Of a stretch of 64,000 nt of DNA, positions 39,377 to 50,432 are shown piece by piece. Each line of letters opens with the position of its first letter. Within the stretch, counting starts at the first letter, position 1. The stretch comes from an uncultured Halobacteriales archaeon (lineage in GTDB: Archaea; Halobacteriota; Halobacteria; Halobacteriales; Hikarchaeaceae): the NCBI GenBank assembly GCA_964597855.1, contig CAZQZO010000007.1:3094-67093 (forward strand). Reading direction: 5' to 3'. The translations under genes and the position numbers were made by a program. Under the pieces are notes generated by a model. The model was not told the origin of the DNA. It worked only from the letters and a program-made list of their open reading frames with translations, and ran no database searches.

Positions 39377-40369
39377 TCATTTGGACTCATTTACCCTTTC
39401 ACGAGCCGCAGCAACAACCAACGGAAACGTAATTGTAGCATCTGCATAAACTGTAATGTTTTTTGCATTTTTCTCAAGTTTCCCCCATGATCTAGCTTCA
39501 TCTAATGAAGCCCCTGAAAGGCCCCCTAAATGTTCAGAATCCCCTGTTAGTTGCACGGCATAATCATATGCCCGTGGTGTTAGTAACATCGCCTGCAAAA
39601 TATAGTTTTTTGGTAATCCTCCACCCACTATCATCGCCCCTCTTTTCTTGGCATCGTGTGCTATATCATTGATTTCAGTCATATCTGCAATTGCATCTAA
39701 TGAAAACGATGAAATTTGAGAATACATCCACGCCTGCAATCCTAGCATTGAATCTTGTATCCCTGGACAATATATTGGAATTCCACATTCATAAGCCATC
39801 GCCGCTATACCTCCGTTATCCTTCTTGGCCTCCTCCGAATTAGCACGTCCCAATTCTGCCGTAAATTCCCTAATTGAAATTTTTCTGTCCAAGTTAGGGA
39901 ATATATTGGATCTAAGGTGATTTTCTAATATGGAAAAACCTTCTTGTGGTAAATATACATCGTATATTCTATCTACTCCTTCATCCCTCAATTTTTCATC
40001 ATGTTCTCTAACCTCGTCTTTATTTCCCCATTCCCTCTGAACTGTTGACCCGTGATGATGACTGTGGCCCATCGCTTCTATTGCATCGTGGGTCAGTGTA
40101 GCCCCTGTTGTAACTAACACATCCACATACCCATCCTGTATTAATCCTGTCACTATTTTCCTCATACCTGCCGGTACCATCGCCCCTGCTATACTCAAAA
40201 AATTTGTAACATCTTTTCTTCCTATCATCTCCGTGTATATATCTACAGCTTCAGATAGAGCACTTGCAGCAAAACCCGCATTTGAATATTCTCCCATCAA
40301 TTCGGAAACGGTCATTTTGTTTTTCACATCAATGTGATCTATTGGATTATGCCGAAATTCTTTCACCAT
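39377..40369 (-). CDS. dhs: Deoxyhypusine synthase
   Basis: AGAMVPAG, TTGA.LTHD, GGGLPKNY, GGLSGA..DEARSWGK with active-site Lys. Confidence 0.93.
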   Translation of the reverse strand: MVKEFRHNPIDHIDVKNKMTVSELMGEYSNAGFAASALSEAVDIYTEMIGRKDVTNFLSIAGAMVPAGMRKIVTGLIQDGYVDVLVTTGATLTHDAIEAMGHSHHHGSTVQREWGNKDEVREHDEKLRDEGVDRIYDVYLPQEGFSILENHLRSNIFPNLDRKISIREFTAELGRANSEEAKKDNGGIAAMAYECGIPIYCPGIQDSMLGLQAWMYSQISSFSLDAIADMTEINDIAHDAKKRGAMIVGGGLPKNYILQAMLLTPRAYDYAVQLTGDSEHLGGLSGASLDEARSWGKLEKNAKNITVYADATITFPLVVAAARERVNESK

Positions 40370-40373
40370 GATA

Positions 40374-41141
40374 TTATAACCCTGTAGGGCGGGAGATACA
40401 CGTAGTTTTTATCCCCCACTCTGAAACAATCTCCTCAAGCGAAAAAACACCGAATGTTTCTGTTGCATAATGCCCAGCCAATACCACATTTATGCCCAAT
40501 TCTTTTGCTTCATGGTATATCCGAGCCTTTCCCTCCCCTGTAATGAACACATCTAGTTCTTTTTCAACAGACTCTCCTAGCCAATCTCCTCCTGCCCCTG
40601 TGACAATTCCAATTTTCGTGATCTCCTCTGATCCAAAATTCAATAATTTTACACCCCCGTCTCCTGTATCTAGTTCTCCTGCCAAAAATGATCTTAATCT
40701 CTCTGGAGTATATGGATTCTTTACCTTTCCCATAACCCCAATGAATTCAGTACCCAATCTTCCAAATGGTTCCCTTTCTTCTAATTCTAATATTTTAGCC
40801 AACCCTGCAGCATTTCCAAGTTCTTGATGCGCATCCAATGGCAAATGAGAAACATACAACGATATTTTCGATTCAATAAGGGCTTGTATTCTGTTGTAAT
40901 TTATTCCTGTAATTCTATCGATGTCTCCCCATGTGATGCCATGGTGCACTACCATCATATCTGCCCCGATACTTGCAGCATCCTCTATAGTCTCCATAGA
41001 TGCATCTTCTGCAAAAACAACATGGCCCACTGTTCCATCCCCCGACCCAATCTGAAGACCATTTGCACTAGAATCAATTTCTTCGAATCTTCCCGTACCT
41101 AGAAGTTCATCAAGACGTTCTACGAGCTCTTTCGTTTTCAT
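40374..41141 (-). CDS. Nif3-like dinuclear metal-centre protein
   Basis: NGLQ, VHHG, HLPLD.H, TGE, GHYATE. Confidence 0.93.
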   Translation of the reverse strand: MKTKELVERLDELLGTGRFEEIDSSANGLQIGSGDGTVGHVVFAEDASMETIEDAASIGADMMVVHHGITWGDIDRITGINYNRIQALIESKISLYVSHLPLDAHQELGNAAGLAKILELEEREPFGRLGTEFIGVMGKVKNPYTPERLRSFLAGELDTGDGGVKLLNFGSEEITKIGIVTGAGGDWLGESVEKELDVFITGEGKARIYHEAKELGINVVLAGHYATETFGVFSLEEIVSEWGIKTTCISRPTGL

Positions 41142-41163
41142 TTTATGATTCTAAAGTCCATTC

Positions 41164-42675
41164 CTATCGTAATAATGATTCCCCTGTCATTTCCGACGGT
41201 ATTTCTATTCCTAGTAGATCTAATATCGTCGGAGATATATCGGACAAACCTCCTCCCTTTTTAATCTCTTTTCGAATTAGGTCTCCTTCTAGTCCTATGC
41301 AAACAACTGGCGCAGGATTAAATGTATGACTTGTACGAGGGTCTTTCTCGGTTCCCATTTCCTCTGCATTTCCATGATCTGCAATTACTATGATTTTTGC
41401 TTTCTTTCTCCTAAGAAACTCTATCAATTTACCCAATTCTTGGTCAACTACTTCTACAGATTTAACAGTCGCATCAAATACACCTGTGTGGCCCACCATA
41501 TCTGGATTTGCATAGTTAAGAATCAAGACATTGGGGTTTTTTTCTTCAATAATTTTTATCGCAGCTTCTGTTACTTTTCCTGCGTTCATTTCTGGCTGCT
41601 GATCATAAGTGGGAACCTTTGGACTCGGGATCATTTTTCTAATTTCACCTTCCCACACTTCCTCTCGACCCCCATTCAAAAAATAAGTAACATGAGCATA
41701 TTTTTCAGTTTCTGCAATTCTCAATTGAGTAAGGCCCTTTTTTGATAGTATTTCTCCTATTGTATTCTGGGGCTTCTCCGTGGGGAAAACAACCGGAAAT
41801 TTATAACTTTCATCATAATTTGACATAGTCAGAATGCTTTTCGAAGAATTCTTTTCTGAAAAATATTTTCCTATGGTTTCTTCACACATTAGAGACATTT
41901 GCCGCATACGATCTGCACGGAAATTTGCCATCAGAATAATATCTCCTCTAGTGAAAAAATCACCACTATTTATTACTGTAGGTTTGATAAATTCATCCGT
42001 TTCCCCACGTGTATATGCATCTTCAATAGCAACCATTCCTGATTTAACCCTGTAATTTGATTCCCCCCTCATAATCGCATCGTGAGCTTGTAGAGTCCTT
42101 TCTATATTTCCATCCCTATCCATTGCATAGTATCTCCCTGTAACTGTGGCAATTCTTCCAGTTCCTTTTTTTCCAACTACTTTTTCGAGTCTAGATATGT
42201 ATCCCTTTGAACTCTTTGGCGGTGTATCTCTCCCATCTGTAATCACATGAGTTGCCACCTCTACTCCGCTATCCGATGCCATCTCTATCATTGCATGGAT
42301 GTGTGCGTCATCCGAGTGAACCCCTGCGTCGCTTAATAACCCTATTATGTGGACTCTATTTCCTGTGGATTTTATTTTTTCAATTCCCGATTTTAACACA
42401 TCATTTTGAAAAAAAGACCCATCTTTAATCGCTCTATTAATCTGTGTATGTTCTTGTTCTATAATTCTCCCCGCACCTATTGTCAAGTGACCGACTTTCG
42501 AATTTCCCACTCCTCCTTCTGGGAGGCCAACGGATTCCCCTCCTGTTTCCAGCGTTCCATACTTCTCATTCGCACAAAGGCGATCAAATATAGGGGTGTT
42601 TGCGGCTCTAATTGCATTTCCTTCTTGGCTCTCTGAAATTCCCCACCCGTCTAGGATAATTAAAGCAACGTCCAT
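41164..42675 (-). CDS. gpmI: 2,3-bisphosphoglycerate-independent phosphoglycerate mutase
   Basis: ILDGWG, GNSKVGH (catalytic Ser), TDGRD, GRYYAMDRD, AETEKYAHVT, N.DMVGH, ADHGN; alternative ATG at 42681. Confidence 0.96.
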   Translation of the reverse strand: MDVALIILDGWGISESQEGNAIRAANTPIFDRLCANEKYGTLETGGESVGLPEGGVGNSKVGHLTIGAGRIIEQEHTQINRAIKDGSFFQNDVLKSGIEKIKSTGNRVHIIGLLSDAGVHSDDAHIHAMIEMASDSGVEVATHVITDGRDTPPKSSKGYISRLEKVVGKKGTGRIATVTGRYYAMDRDGNIERTLQAHDAIMRGESNYRVKSGMVAIEDAYTRGETDEFIKPTVINSGDFFTRGDIILMANFRADRMRQMSLMCEETIGKYFSEKNSSKSILTMSNYDESYKFPVVFPTEKPQNTIGEILSKKGLTQLRIAETEKYAHVTYFLNGGREEVWEGEIRKMIPSPKVPTYDQQPEMNAGKVTEAAIKIIEEKNPNVLILNYANPDMVGHTGVFDATVKSVEVVDQELGKLIEFLRRKKAKIIVIADHGNAEEMGTEKDPRTSHTFNPAPVVCIGLEGDLIRKEIKKGGGLSDISPTILDLLGIEIPSEMTGESLLR

Positions 42676-42760
42676 ATACATAACAAATCATGGATGCACA
42701 ACTATTCATCGCTATAAATTGCTATCATGTTTTAATCACCGAAGTATTATCTACCTACAC

Positions 42761-44053
42761 GTGACACTTCCTCCAGACCTCCCGCCCCGATTAAAAACTT
42801 TCCTTAATTCTCTACCTTCTATGGAGTATTATTCTGACAGCACTGACGAATCTGCTTCTTCTATCTGGAACCGTCTGAATCCTCTTCAGGACCAAAATGG
42901 AACGACTATAATCGAGCCTATTGATTCTGATCTTTATATAAAAGAGTTTTCCATTAGCAACGCATCATCCACTGAATCGCCCTTCCCCACACAAAACGCG
43001 GTAGACTCTGGAACGCTTTATGTGCCTTTCACAAATGGAATGTCATTGGCGTATTCTCGTGCAGTCATGGCCGCAGAACCCACTGATAAAAATCTTCATA
43101 ATTCAGATACAGTAACAATGTGCTACCACGCCCCTCACCCACTGGCACCAGATCAATCTGAAACTCTTGAAAGCTTTACCATGACCACGATTCCCGATCT
43201 CCCAGACGAAACTGCACTATATGAAACTGCTTTGTATTTATCCGAAGGGGGCCATGCACTCGAGTGGGTCGATTCCGTAAAAGATATACTAATTTTAGAT
43301 GGTCCAATTTTCCCGGTGGGTTTATTGGCCTGGCATCGCGGAAAACCCAATTTAAAAAATTTACTATTGGAAAATGGTCCTTCTAGACGTGCATTAAAAA
43401 CATATATCGATCTCATTGATTCATTTGTCAAACCCACGGCTGCCCATAGCCAACAAACTCCTCCTTTAATCGGATTTGTAAAAAATCCTCGAGGATCTGC
43501 GATAAAGTCTACATTTGACCACCTACCAAACGAAACGAATTCATTTGTTTGGGGGCATGATTCTTCGTTCTTCAAACAAATATTAAGTGCCCATTCACCT
43601 ACCAAAACACAAAGAGGGACAAAGACACACGATTCCGCTTTAGTCTATACAAATTGGTTCATTTCTAAAGGTAGAATCGCATCACAATTTGAGGAGTTTC
43701 TTATCGATCCGTTTATTGGAATCATGGATCATAAAAACCCTCTTTACGATTTAACATTTTTTATGATCTACGACCCACGATCCGGTGTTGTTTTTCGTGT
43801 AGAATCTCCTTATGCATTTTCTCAGAACCCCCACATCCGTCAAAAAATTGAAAACTTTATATTGAAAGAAATGGCAATCTACAATGGCCCTCCTCGTGCA
43901 ATCAACAAAGCCGACCATCTAGCTCGCATGTCGAATTCCGAAAAAGTAACCCTTGCAAAAATACTAGCCGCTCATTACAACACCCGCATAGATGTAAATT
44001 ACAATTTCATCCGTTGGAGTAGCAGTAGTATGGATCAACTCCAAAATTTGTAA
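42761..44053 (+). CDS. nurA: NurA-family nuclease
   Basis: NAVDSG, LILDGPIFP, GFVKNP, GPPRAINKAD; GTG 42761 chosen because the longer ORF overlaps gpmI. Confidence 0.8.
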   Translation: MTLPPDLPPRLKTFLNSLPSMEYYSDSTDESASSIWNRLNPLQDQNGTTIIEPIDSDLYIKEFSISNASSTESPFPTQNAVDSGTLYVPFTNGMSLAYSRAVMAAEPTDKNLHNSDTVTMCYHAPHPLAPDQSETLESFTMTTIPDLPDETALYETALYLSEGGHALEWVDSVKDILILDGPIFPVGLLAWHRGKPNLKNLLLENGPSRRALKTYIDLIDSFVKPTAAHSQQTPPLIGFVKNPRGSAIKSTFDHLPNETNSFVWGHDSSFFKQILSAHSPTKTQRGTKTHDSALVYTNWFISKGRIASQFEEFLIDPFIGIMDHKNPLYDLTFFMIYDPRSGVVFRVESPYAFSQNPHIRQKIENFILKEMAIYNGPPRAINKADHLARMSNSEKVTLAKILAAHYNTRIDVNYNFIRWSSSSMDQLQNL

Positions 44054-44088
44054 GTATTATATCTCTGAGAAGCATATACTATTATCAG

Positions 44089-45792
44089 ATGGACCTTGAA
44101 TCCCAACTTGATGACACAATAGTAGGCCTTTTGACTTCCACTGATAGTGGACTTTCTATAGGACAAGATCCAAGAACTGCCTCACTTTATGCTCTCATAA
44201 CTTTGGCAGAAAGGGAATCCTTTCGTTTAGGAGAATATCTCTGCATCCCTTTTTTCGATTCCAAAGGAAACTTGGATGAAAATCTTCTCTGTGAAGCCAT
44301 AGAACTTTCCTACCATAACGAGTTCCCTCATGAGTTTGGTACTTATGATACATCAAACCTTTTGGCAGAGGAGTTGATCAATCAAAGCAACAGAATCATC
44401 CAAGAAATTGATTACAATTTTATAGCAAAACTCCTCCCACTTTCCCTCATTCATAATAACAATAGGAAACCTGCCAATAGACTTCCCCAGCCCGCATCTA
44501 GGGTTTATAGGGCCGATGAAAATACAATAAAAATTGGTCTCAATCTTTCTAAAAAATTAGAAGACATTTTCGTTGGACATATATCAAACTCACCTCCTGG
44601 GAGTAAAATTTCTTATCGATTTAAAGATAGAGAGATGGACGTGCCTCTTCTTTTTACCCATGTACTTGTCGCAGGGGGAACTGGATCTGGAAAAACACAA
44701 GCAACCAAAAACATTCTCCGCCAGTGCCTAGGAGATCAAAGGACCTACGAAATCAAAGGATCTCGCAAAAAATTAGCCATTGTCCAATTTGATCCCCAAG
44801 ATGAATATGCCCAAATGTATCATGATGGCGATGATCTGACTGCGGACAACGAAACGTACTACAAAGACAATCAAATTCTATTCAATCAACACAAAGATAC
44901 TCGAGTGTTTGTACCCGACATTAAAGGCACAAAATATCAATCCGAATATCATGAAGCAGAAACAATCCCTTTCAGCATTCCATTTTCTCTTGTAAGAACA
45001 AACCATTGGCTCATTTCCCGCGGCGGTCTCAATGAAAATCAAAGAGCAGGATTAATTAACCATCTGTTACCTGATTTCTTCAACAAAACAAAAGAAGACG
45101 AGTGCACTTATTCCAATTTCTTAGCATTTCTTGATCAAAATAAAGATGATTACATCGAAAACGGTGACATATATCTCGCAACTTTCGGCGCAATCAGACG
45201 AAAAGTAGCAGGCCTTTCCAATGTCTTTTTTGACTCAGGTTCTCCCCCCATCACTGACCTGCTTAATGAGTTTGTTAAACCCGGGCGACTATCTGTAGTT
45301 CCCACTTCTCACATTAATGACCACCGAGATACGACCTTAGCGGTGTTGGCACTTTCTACTTTGTTAATAGATCAAAAAATAACCAGCTCCCCCGACTATG
45401 GACACATCAAAGAAACACCTCTAGTGATCTCCATGGATGAAGCACACAATTTCCTCTCCCAAGGAAGCACCGAGACAGAACAAGAAGACCTTCTCATTCA
45501 GAAATTTATAAATGCGGCAAAACAAGGAAGGAAAGAACTACTCGGGCTTTTTCTAGTCACACAAGACCCCCATGATATAGCCGCTGATATCCTTAGTCAA
45601 ATTAACACTAAAGTCATCTTAAACCTCAGCGAAGATTCCGCCATCCGTTCCTTAAAACTGCCTGATATGTTAAAGTGGAAAGTTCCCAATCTCCCTCGTG
45701 GAAACATGGTTATCCATTCCCCTAGCTATGCCATCCCCACTGAAGTAACCGGACTATCCCACTGTCTAGTCCGTCATAGACGACGAATATAA
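44089..45792 (+). CDS. herA: HerA-family ATPase/translocase with N-terminal barrel domain
   Basis: HVLVAGGTGSGKT (Walker A), MDEAH (Walker B), KQGRK, TQDP. Confidence 0.87.
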   Translation: MDLESQLDDTIVGLLTSTDSGLSIGQDPRTASLYALITLAERESFRLGEYLCIPFFDSKGNLDENLLCEAIELSYHNEFPHEFGTYDTSNLLAEELINQSNRIIQEIDYNFIAKLLPLSLIHNNNRKPANRLPQPASRVYRADENTIKIGLNLSKKLEDIFVGHISNSPPGSKISYRFKDREMDVPLLFTHVLVAGGTGSGKTQATKNILRQCLGDQRTYEIKGSRKKLAIVQFDPQDEYAQMYHDGDDLTADNETYYKDNQILFNQHKDTRVFVPDIKGTKYQSEYHEAETIPFSIPFSLVRTNHWLISRGGLNENQRAGLINHLLPDFFNKTKEDECTYSNFLAFLDQNKDDYIENGDIYLATFGAIRRKVAGLSNVFFDSGSPPITDLLNEFVKPGRLSVVPTSHINDHRDTTLAVLALSTLLIDQKITSSPDYGHIKETPLVISMDEAHNFLSQGSTETEQEDLLIQKFINAAKQGRKELLGLFLVTQDPHDIAADILSQINTKVILNLSEDSAIRSLKLPDMLKWKVPNLPRGNMVIHSPSYAIPTEVTGLSHCLVRHRRRI

Positions 45793-45910
45793 TCAGTACT
45801 ACAAAAAGCCTAACCGATTTATATCTCTTATTACCATTTGTTACTATGACTGTAAGATCTAATCTATCTATATCCCGCCCAGATATTCTTACACAAATAT
45901 AAAAATTCCC

Positions 45911-47848
45911 ATGTCCCAAACCCAACCAAAAGATATCACAGTGATACTCCCTGATGGTGCAAAATTATCAATCCCTCCGGGTTCAACCATTTCGAATGTT
46001 GCATATGGAATAGGCCCCGGTTTAGGAAAAGCCGCTGTTGCAGGAATCATAAACGACGAGCTAGTAGATCTTTACACCCCTGTATCTGACAACGACCAGA
46101 TCTCTATCGTAACTGAAAAATCAGACCAATATCTAACTGTTCTTCGCCATTCTGCTGCCCATATATTTGCACAAGCACTCTCTCGATTATACCCTGATGT
46201 AAATTTGGCGATAGGCCCTCCTATTGACACTGGATTTTACTATGATTTTGATGGAGTCCCGATCACTAAAGAAAATCTCCCCGAAATAGAATCCGAGATG
46301 AAAAAAATCATTAAATCTGATTATGAGATTCTTCGAGTTGATGCTCCTCGAGAGGAGGCAGAAAAATTCTATTCCACTAACTCGTTTAAATTAGATATTC
46401 TCCAAAACGAAGCCGCTGAATCCGAAAATATATCATTTTACACCCAAGATGACTGGAAAGACCTTTGCAAAGGTCCTCATGTGTCTTCTACAGGCAAGGT
46501 GAAAGCCATCCATTTGTTAGACATATCTGCTGCTTATTGGAGAGGTGACTCTAACAATCAAACTCTCACCCGCGTCTACGGAACTGCTTTTAAATCCCAA
46601 TCTGACCTCGAAGAATTCCTCAGCCTCCGCGAACTTGCAAAAGAACGAGACCATCGAAAACTTGGACAAGAACTCGATCTATTTTCTATACCCGAAATAA
46701 CTGGACCTGGACTTCCCCTTTTCCACCCTAATGGGGCCTATGTTCTTAGGGAATTATCTTCATATGTCGATTCTCTAAATATCAACTCTGGGTACGAACC
46801 GACTGAAACGCCCCACTTATTTAAAACAGAACTGTGGAAACGATCAGGCCATTATGATAACTACCAAGATGATATGTTTATCTTCGAAGTTGGTGATGAA
46901 GAATTTGGCCTCAAACCTATGAACTGCCCTGGTCATGCAACCATCTTTAATCAACAAAAAAGAAGTTACCGCGATTTACCGGTTCGATATTTTGAAAATG
47001 GCAAAGTATACCGCAAAGAACAACGTGGTGAATTATCTGGGCTATCTAGATTGTGGGCATTTACCATCGACGATGGGCATCTCTTCATTCGCCCCGATCA
47101 AATCGAAACTGAAGTCAATGGGGTTTTAAATCTAATTCTTGAAGTGCTCAAAACATTCAATCTTGACTTTGAAATTTTCCTCGCAACAAGACCCGAAAAA
47201 TATGAAGGTAGTTTGGAAATATGGGAAAAAGCAGAAACCCAACTCAGATCTGTACTTGACAATTCAGGTCTTGTTTATACGGTAAATGATGGCGATGGTG
47301 CATTTTATGGACCAAAGATAGATTTCGCATTCCAAGACGCTCTTGGAAGATCTTGGGATGGCCCCACCGTCCAACTCGATTTCACTATGCCAGAACGTTT
47401 TGATTTGAGCTATGTTGGTACTGATAATACCGAACACCGCCCCGTGATGATCCACCGGGCGTTATATGGTAGTTATGAGCGATTTTTTATGATTCTAATT
47501 GAACATTTCAATGGAAAATTCCCTCTGTGGTTGGCACCCCAACAAATTCGCATTTTACCCATCACCGATGATAACTTAGACTACGCACAAAAAATAGCCG
47601 CGGAATTATCTCCTTTTAGAGTCTCTGTCGACGATAGAGCATGGACAATTGGGAAGAAAATTCGAGCCGCCCACAACGATAGAATTCCTTATATGGTGAT
47701 TCTTGGGGAAACTGAACAAAAACAAAATTCAATTTCCATTCGCGATCGAAATCAGTCCGAAAAATCTGGAGTAAAATTATCTGATTTCCTAACTCACCTT
47801 ACTAATGAGTACCAGGAAAAGCGGATCGAACCCGATTTCCTACAATAA
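45911..47848 (+). CDS. thrS: Threonine--tRNA ligase, bacterial type
   Basis: TGS domain; HSAAH and DLCKGPH editing motifs; [24 protein letters not shown]. Confidence 0.97.
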   Translation: MSQTQPKDITVILPDGAKLSIPPGSTISNVAYGIGPGLGKAAVAGIINDELVDLYTPVSDNDQISIVTEKSDQYLTVLRHSAAHIFAQALSRLYPDVNLAIGPPIDTGFYYDFDGVPITKENLPEIESEMKKIIKSDYEILRVDAPREEAEKFYSTNSFKLDILQNEAAESENISFYTQDDWKDLCKGPHVSSTGKVKAIHLLDISAAYWRGDSNNQTLTRVYGTAFKSQSDLEEFLSLRELAKERDHRKLGQELDLFSIPEITGPGLPLFHPNGAYVLRELSSYVDSLNINSGYEPTETPHLFKTELWKRSGHYDNYQDDMFIFEVGDEEFGLKPMNCPGHATIFNQQKRSYRDLPVRYFENGKVYRKEQRGELSGLSRLWAFTIDDGHLFIRPDQIETEVNGVLNLILEVLKTFNLDFEIFLATRPEKYEGSLEIWEKAETQLRSVLDNSGLVYTVNDGDGAFYGPKIDFAFQDALGRSWDGPTVQLDFTMPERFDLSYVGTDNTEHRPVMIHRALYGSYERFFMILIEHFNGKFPLWLAPQQIRILPITDDNLDYAQKIAAELSPFRVSVDDRAWTIGKKIRAAHNDRIPYMVILGETEQKQNSISIRDRNQSEKSGVKLSDFLTHLTNEYQEKRIEPDFLQ

Positions 47849-47901
47849 TTTATTTTTATTCTATTCGAAAATGTTTTCAAGTATGGCGGCGCACAGTTAT
47901 T

Positions 47902-49548
47902 ATGCCGAAAACCGATTCTTCGTCAAATTCTAAGTTTATTTTTGTTACCGGAGGGGTTATGTCAGGATTGGGAAAAGGTGTCACAGCCGCTAGTGTGGGG
48001 CGTTTACTTTCAAATGCTGGTTTCACGATCACTGCCGTTAAAATAGACCCCTATCTTAATGTTGATGCTGGGACGATGAACCCCTATCAACATGGGGAGG
48101 TATATGTACTCAAAGATGGGGCAGAAGTAGATTTAGATTTAGGTAACTACGAGCGTTTTCTTGGAATCGATATGACCAGTGACCATAATATCACCACTGG
48201 TAAAATCTATCAACATGTAATCGAACGTGAAAGAACTGGAGATTATTTAGGGAAAACAGTTCAGATCATCCCTCACATAACTGATGACATCAAACGAAGA
48301 ATTCGACATGTAGCAAAAGGACACGATATTTGTATAGTGGAAGTTGGCGGAACTGTCGGGGATATAGAAAGTATGCCTTTCCTAGAATCCCTCCGACAAC
48401 TTTCCCACGAAGAACCCGAAAATTGTGTTTTGTTCATCCATGTCACTCTGATTCCCCACTCTAAAAATGAAGAGCCAAAAACAAAACCAACTCAACATTC
48501 TGTAAAAGAACTTCGATCAATCGGTATTCAACCCGACTTAATCGTGGGGCGTTCTACTATACCTCTGGATGACGATGTACGTGAAAAAATAGCTCTCTTT
48601 TGCGACGTTCCCACCGAAGCTGTGTTTTCCAATCCAGATCTCGACGATATATACCATCTCCCCATGTCTCTTGAGGCGGAATCCCTTGATGAATATGTCA
48701 TGGAACGATTGAATTTACTCGATAGAGCAGTCCCACTTCCTAACAGGGACATCACTTGGCGCGAGTCCGTAACTGCCCCCAAACAAAATAAAGTCAACAT
48801 AGCACTGGTAGGAAAATATGGGTTAGAAGATGCTTATATTTCTGTATATGAAGCCCTCAAACATGCAGGATTTCCCGATGGTATTGAAGTCAACACTTTC
48901 TGGGTCCATTCCGAAACACTCGACGATGGTGATCTCTCCCCCCTCTCTAAACTAAAACCAGATGGTATTGTTATTCCGGGAGGATTCGGGTCCCGAGGAA
49001 CCCCTGGGAAAATAAATGCAGTTCGTTATGCTAGAGAAACAGGCATTCCATACCTTGGTCTCTGCCTAGGATTTCAATTAGCAGTTGTAGAATATGCCCG
49101 AAACGTTTTGAATCTAAAAGATGCCCACTCTTCTGAGATCCATCCCGAAACCCCGCACCCCGTAATCGATCTACTACCTAATCAACATGATATCGACGAA
49201 TTAGGTGGGACAATGAGACTTGGAGAACTCGAAACACACATTGATAAAAATAGCCTTGCTCATTCTTTGTATGGCGAAAATCATTGCCTCGAGCGCCATC
49301 GCCATCGTTATGAAGTCAATCCTGATTATATAGACTCACTTGAAGGGGCTGGGCTAAAATTCACGGGAAAATCTGGCCCCCGAATGGAAATATTGGAAAT
49401 TCCAGAGCATCCATATTTCTTTGGAACTCAATTTCACCCCGAATTCACTTCGCGCCCAACTCATCCAAGTCCTCCTTTCTTAGGCCTAGTCAAAGCTGCT
49501 TTTTCTCATTCTTCTTCCAACAACAAAAATCCTAAAACCTCGGAGTAA
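47902..49548 (+). CDS. pyrG: CTP synthase
   Basis: [41 protein letters not shown]. Confidence 0.98.
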   Translation: MPKTDSSSNSKFIFVTGGVMSGLGKGVTAASVGRLLSNAGFTITAVKIDPYLNVDAGTMNPYQHGEVYVLKDGAEVDLDLGNYERFLGIDMTSDHNITTGKIYQHVIERERTGDYLGKTVQIIPHITDDIKRRIRHVAKGHDICIVEVGGTVGDIESMPFLESLRQLSHEEPENCVLFIHVTLIPHSKNEEPKTKPTQHSVKELRSIGIQPDLIVGRSTIPLDDDVREKIALFCDVPTEAVFSNPDLDDIYHLPMSLEAESLDEYVMERLNLLDRAVPLPNRDITWRESVTAPKQNKVNIALVGKYGLEDAYISVYEALKHAGFPDGIEVNTFWVHSETLDDGDLSPLSKLKPDGIVIPGGFGSRGTPGKINAVRYARETGIPYLGLCLGFQLAVVEYARNVLNLKDAHSSEIHPETPHPVIDLLPNQHDIDELGGTMRLGELETHIDKNSLAHSLYGENHCLERHRHRYEVNPDYIDSLEGAGLKFTGKSGPRMEILEIPEHPYFFGTQFHPEFTSRPTHPSPPFLGLVKAAFSHSSSNNKNPKTSE

Positions 49549-49552
49549 AAAA

Positions 49553-49879
49553 ATGAAAATCATCTTTTTTGGAAGTGGTGGGGATTTATCATCTGCCTTA
49601 TGTGATCAAGGGTTTGAAGTTGAAGAACTGCCCGCACCCGGGGACATTTATACTCCTCCTGCAGATCTAATTCTGGATGCGGACTTGTTAGTTATAACTG
49701 ATACTAGTGATCCTACTGGTATCTTGCTGTGCAGAGAACTCAATCCAGATATCAAAACGATCGTATACTCCCAAGATGAACTATCTGATTTTTTGAGGCC
49801 TCAAATTGACTTCGCATTGGATCCTCGGTTATTTCCCCCTAATTTAATGGTCGAAGAAATATCGAATTTATTTCCCTGA
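49553..49879 (+). CDS. Small conserved hypothetical protein downstream of pyrG
   Basis: 108-aa alpha/beta ORF 4 bp after pyrG; resembles the pyrG-linked small gene of haloarchaea. Confidence 0.7.
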   Translation: MKIIFFGSGGDLSSALCDQGFEVEELPAPGDIYTPPADLILDADLLVITDTSDPTGILLCRELNPDIKTIVYSQDELSDFLRPQIDFALDPRLFPPNLMVEEISNLFP

Positions 49880-49884
49880 TTTTT

Positions 49885-50430
49885 CTATTTTTTCCCCCGA
49901 CGTGCTTGTTCAACAGTATGGCCACAAACAGCCAAAATAATTTTTCCCACTCCCAATTTAACTGCATTTGAACTCCCTGGTAAACAAAATATTGGGGTAT
50001 ATTTTGCTATTCCTGCCATCGACCGACTAGCGATCGAAAGAGGTCCGATCTCTTCATAGGATAACTGCCGAAATAGTTCTCCAAACCCTGGGAGTTCTTT
50101 TTCTATCATTGGTGAAATTGCTTCAACTGTCACGTCATCTGGAGTTGCCCCTGTTCCTCCTGTGGTGATAATTAGATCTATGTCTTCCCTGTCCACTAAA
50201 TTTTTTACATAACTACTAATCTCTTCATAGTCGTCTTTAACAACCGTTTGAACAGCATTTTCATGCCCCGCCGATTCGATCATTTCTGCTATTATTTTCC
50301 CACTCTTATCTGTGCTATCTGATCGTGTTGTCGATACAGTAACAATTGCTATCTTTAACCTATTAAATTCGCCAATATGTCCGCAACTCGGACCCCCTTC
50401 GATTTCGTCAATATGCCCATTATCGTCCAT
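49885..50430 (-). CDS. moaB: Molybdenum cofactor biosynthesis protein MoaB/MogA
   Basis: TVST.R...D.SG, TTGGTG.TPDD.T.EA, PGFGELFR, SR..AG, LPGS. Confidence 0.93.
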   Translation of the reverse strand: MDDNGHIDEIEGGPSCGHIGEFNRLKIAIVTVSTTRSDSTDKSGKIIAEMIESAGHENAVQTVVKDDYEEISSYVKNLVDREDIDLIITTGGTGATPDDVTVEAISPMIEKELPGFGELFRQLSYEEIGPLSIASRSMAGIAKYTPIFCLPGSSNAVKLGVGKIILAVCGHTVEQARRGKK

Positions 50431-50432
50431 TT

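Noticed and set aside
42596-42760. Apparent N-terminal extension of NurA
   Set aside because: Overlaps the gpmI start and the divergent promoter region; GTG 42761 is the more plausible start.
45911-47848. Bacterial-type ThrRS as a recent horizontal transfer or contamination
   Set aside because: Bacterial-type ThrRS is established for the Halobacteria lineage, and its composition matches neighbouring genes.
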